Positions 60,034 to 63,234 of a stretch of 63,234 nucleotides of DNA are shown one piece after another. A model generated the notes under the pieces. It was not told the DNA's origin, ran no database searches, and saw only the letters and a program-made list of their open reading frames with translations. This DNA is from Vitrella brassicaformis CCMP3155 (Eukaryota; Protista; Chromerida): assembly GCA_001179505.1 (NCBI GenBank), contig CDMY01000504.1, positions 1-63,234 of the forward strand, written 5' to 3'. Position 1 is the first letter of the stretch. Each line of letters opens with the position of its first letter. The translations under genes were made by a program, and so were the position numbers.

Positions 60034-63000
60034 TCACTTGGCCACCAGGTCGGCCTTCAGCCAATACTCCTCCCTCTGATTCAGCTCACACGACCCATCG
60101 GTCATGGTGTAGAGTGCCTTGAGGCCTTCAAAGCACTCCCACGCCAGTGACCTGAGGTCCCTAAGCGCATCAGTCTGATCCTCCCCCTCCAACCCAATCT
60201 CTGCCAGCTGTGCATCAAACTCAACCCTGACTGGGCGGCATATCGACAAGAACTGCACAAACGACCGCACCGCTTCCTTGCTAAGCTCACCCAAATACCA
60301 TAGCTCCCCCCGCGAGATGCGCGGCAAGCGCAGACGCCACACCGCCGGCTCGTTCTCGGGCCATTCATTCGACGCAGGAGGCCGCTCAAAAGAGACGTCC
60401 TCCAGGCGCGTCACAGAGACATACGACAGCAGCTCACAAGCCAGAGCTAGGCTAGACAAAGAGCGGAACCAGACAAGCACCAGACCCTCCAGCCCGCCCA
60501 CGAGACGACTCAGCTTAGAGGGTGCAGAAGGTAGGTCAGAAAAAGGGAGAGTCGGAAAATACACATACAGCTCCTGGGCCGCTGGGAAGCGGCGACTCAC
60601 CGCCCCCTCCCCATCACCGACCAGCCACTCCGGGATGCTGTCCACCACGGCCGAGGCACTCGCGCCCTCCTTGGCCTGGATGACGAGGGTCTCGGCCTTG
60701 GGGAAGACGAGCTTGTCACGCCAGGTCTGGTGGAGTGACTGGGTCCCACCCAGCTTGACCGTGACCTTCACACACACACACACACACACACTCACACACA
60801 ACACGTGTTCCTCTGTCCGGTTCTCTCTCCCTCCCTTGTTTGCCCGCTCCTCACAGAAGAGGTCTTGGCTATCAGCTGTCGTGCGATCTCGCCATAGAGG
60901 CCGCCGGGCGCAGGCAGGGCATTCGCAGCGTCACTGCTGTAGTCGAGCGCCAGCCCGCCCCAATCTGTCTGCCACTCGAGCGCACAGTTGACGTCCTCCG
61001 TCACCCATCTATCGAACGCCTCGACGCCGTCCGCCCCCTGTCCGTACGCCACACCGATCGACGCACCACGTACCGCGAACCCCAGCCTCCTCGGCACATC
61101 TGACACACAAGAGGGGCAGAAATGGCCCAAAAGCCGGTCCTGGTCCGATAGAGCTTTCGGCCAAATCACCTCTGTTCTCTGGTTTGCTCCAGTGCTGGTC
61201 GAGGGCCTGCTTGAGGTCATTGAGGCGGCCGAACTGGTCCATCTTGATCGTCATGCAGGTTATAGTGGTGATGTGGGGGCAGTTGCTGACGGCGGAGACG
61301 AATCTGGCCCAGAGGTCGCTGTCAAATTCGATGGGGCCGGTCTCCAGCCTTTCGATCCTGGGCGCCCCCTCAAGGATGGACACGAGGGATGTCGACGACA
61401 CATGATCCGCAAGGCAGATCCGTGCTTGGAGACTGGTGAGAACTGGGAATGCCCACCGTCGGATGCTGCGGACACAAGCACACCGAGATACACCAATACG
61501 ATAACGTGATGGATAGCTGTCGTGTGCACTCACACAGACCTGACGTATTGGAGCCACGGCTTGGAAGGCACGCACGTCGCTATCCGGTCGGCCGAGGAAA
61601 GATCACGTGTGCAGCTCCTTGAGTGTCGCCCTGGACCCCTCGAGGCACTCGGCCACACAAAGCACCACGCGCGGAACATCCAGGTAGGCCGTCTGAATGT
61701 TACCCTACACACGCATATGTAGGCAGAGATGGACACCTAACCGACACATGCATCTCACGCAGCACCTTGACTGACTCCCATCTCACCAGGTGCTGTAAGT
61801 GCTCCAGCCTCTGTATCTTCTTGTAGCTGTCGACCTCGTCTCTCGTTATAGTGAGCCGCCGGAACACGCCGAATGTGCTGTCGGTGGCCTTCTGTCTGGT
61901 CTCCCTGTTGATCTTGGGCATCCGGGCTGCCGTCTTGGTGCTGACGAAGGAGCCCAGGTGACCCGTGACGCCCTCAGGCAGACCCGGCAGACACGGACGG
62001 CCATAGCCCTGACACACACAAGGGACAGATGATGATAAGGCACTCACGGCAACAGACAGAGATGGTGATCTGGGCCACCTGAGAGCTGCCCCTTTGCTGT
62101 TGTATCCCTCCCGCAGCACCACCAACACTACTCGAACCACCTGAAGGCACCATACACCACAAGGCAGCACAGCCGTCGTCGCGATGTGTGTCAGTCCATC
62201 GGGCGGTGTCATGTGTACCTCCTCTACTCGCGGCGGCAGCAGCAGCAGCAGCCGGGCTAGTGCCGACACGCGAGCGCTTCCCGTCGCCAGTTGACACCTC
62301 AGCACACGAGCTGGTCCACTTGTGGATGCACTGAGTAAGTGTGTGTGTTCCCACTGACCGCTTTGGTGTGCTGTGCCGCCCTGTCGTTCTCATCCGAACT
62401 CTCAGACACACCGGGGGGGCGGTCCTTGACATTGTACAGCCACCGGAAGCCCTTGCCGTCACCATCCTTGCGCTGACATCCACACAAATGCGCAGACACA
62501 CAAGGACGTGACTGCTTTGTTTGCGCGGTCTATTGGTCGTTTAATCCTTACATGCGTTTCTTGTTCGCTGGGGATCTGCGTCAGCTCGCTACTGAGTGTG
62601 GCGTTGGCGTCGGTGAGGGTCTTGAGCACACCGGACAATCGGCCAGCCAGCGATGCACAGGCCTGCAAACAGACATACGGACACAAACGGACACAGATCG
62701 GCGCTGGTCGACGGTTGCTGAATGTGTGTTTGTGCTGACCTCTTTGTTTTCGTCGGTCTGTGGTATCTTCAGCTTTGCCGCCTCACTACTCGCGGCCATC
62801 TGACAGCTCACCTGAACAAGGCAGCAGAGCCACCAGCAGCTGCGGCATGTGCTGGCGGTTTCCCCCCTTTGCCCTTTTCGCTCACCGCATAGATTTGGTC
62901 GATGACATCGCGCAAGCTACCATCGCCACTCGACCCGCCACCACGCCCACCTAAAACACATCATCAGACACACATGCGGGTCGCGTCCATATGTGGTTTG

Positions 63001-63043
63001 ATGCGTCATCACCTCCAGCTGGGCCGCTATTACTGCTGTCCAT
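60034..63043 (-). pseudogene. F-box/LRR-like protein, second subfamily, copy 2 (direct duplicate ~6 kb from copy 1), probably inactivated
   Basis: 61790-62490 is nearly identical to 55800-56520. There is an in-frame TGA at ~61602-61604 (KELHT*SFL) unless it falls in an intron, and an RT fragment sits ~25 bp upstream of the inferred ATG. Confidence 0.55.
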
Positions 63044-63066
63044 CGGGAGGACGCGGTCAACCATCT

Positions 63067-63234
63067 GCACAACGGATCGCAAGGGAACTCTTCGAGCCCG
63101 AGGGGGTGCAGATCGTCACGGGCAAGAGGTTCCTGGGCGGCTACGTGGGCGATGAGGGGGGAAGGGCGGCGTTCCTCTGCGAGAAGGTCGAGGGGTGGGT
63201 GCGCGGCGTGCGCGCGCTCACGTCTGCTGCCCGC
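63067..63234 (+). mobile_element. 5'-truncated non-LTR retrotransposon (CRE-like) reverse-transcriptase fragment, running off the window
   Basis: Open frame ..ARELFEPEGVQIVTGKRFLGGYVGDEGGRAAFLCEKVEGWVRGVRALTSAAR. GxRxLGGxxG and KVxxW are the RT domain 7/thumb pattern of CRE-clade elements. Confidence 0.75.

Noticed and set aside
8546-62954. Most of the several hundred short overlapping ORFs in the track
   Set aside because: They are antisense or alternative-frame shadows of GC-rich exons, or translations of (CA)n/(CAGA)n intron microsatellites (HTHT, VCVC, TDRQ runs).
1-63234. tRNA, rRNA or snRNA genes
   Set aside because: No cloverleaf/T-loop or rRNA signature was found by eye; a covariance-model scan would be needed to exclude them.

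Overview
The window looks like a GC-rich, intron-dense eukaryotic contig. Short GT-AG introns full of (CA)n/(CAGA)n microsatellites, bipartite plastid-targeting signals and lineage-specific F-box/LRR-like families point to a chromerid alveolate, probably Vitrella (inferred, not database-confirmed). The standout is a strongly AT-rich, intron-less block at ~176-7310: a decaying endogenous Polinton/Maverick-like (PLV/MELD-type) dsDNA virus fragment. Three ORFs from the track plus an unlisted frame join into one protein-primed DNA polymerase B (terminal-protein region, IEGG|C, OTU-like protease, Zn finger, Exo I-III, GGRCE, DVVSLYP). It is cut before motifs B/C by a Cys-rich ORF, probably the 5' end of a retrotransposon. 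An A32/FtsK-like packaging ATPase, several small viral-type ORFs and a ~515-aa Pro-rich ORF accompany it; no capsid or integrase gene is recognisable. The rest is host DNA: class II aldolase-like protein, partial cyclopropane-fatty-acyl synthase, UBX protein, trypsin-like protease, ITPase, plastid ClpR, NDUFAF7/MidA-like methyltransferase with a signal peptide, proline iminopeptidase, two AT-hook/SAM-like paralogs, five F-box/LRR-like genes with mosaic duplication patterns, a duplicated helical-repeat gene whose second copy is fused to a GST-zeta exon beside an assembly gap, and an RT fragment at the right end. Host gene boundaries are approximate because exons were inferred by eye.
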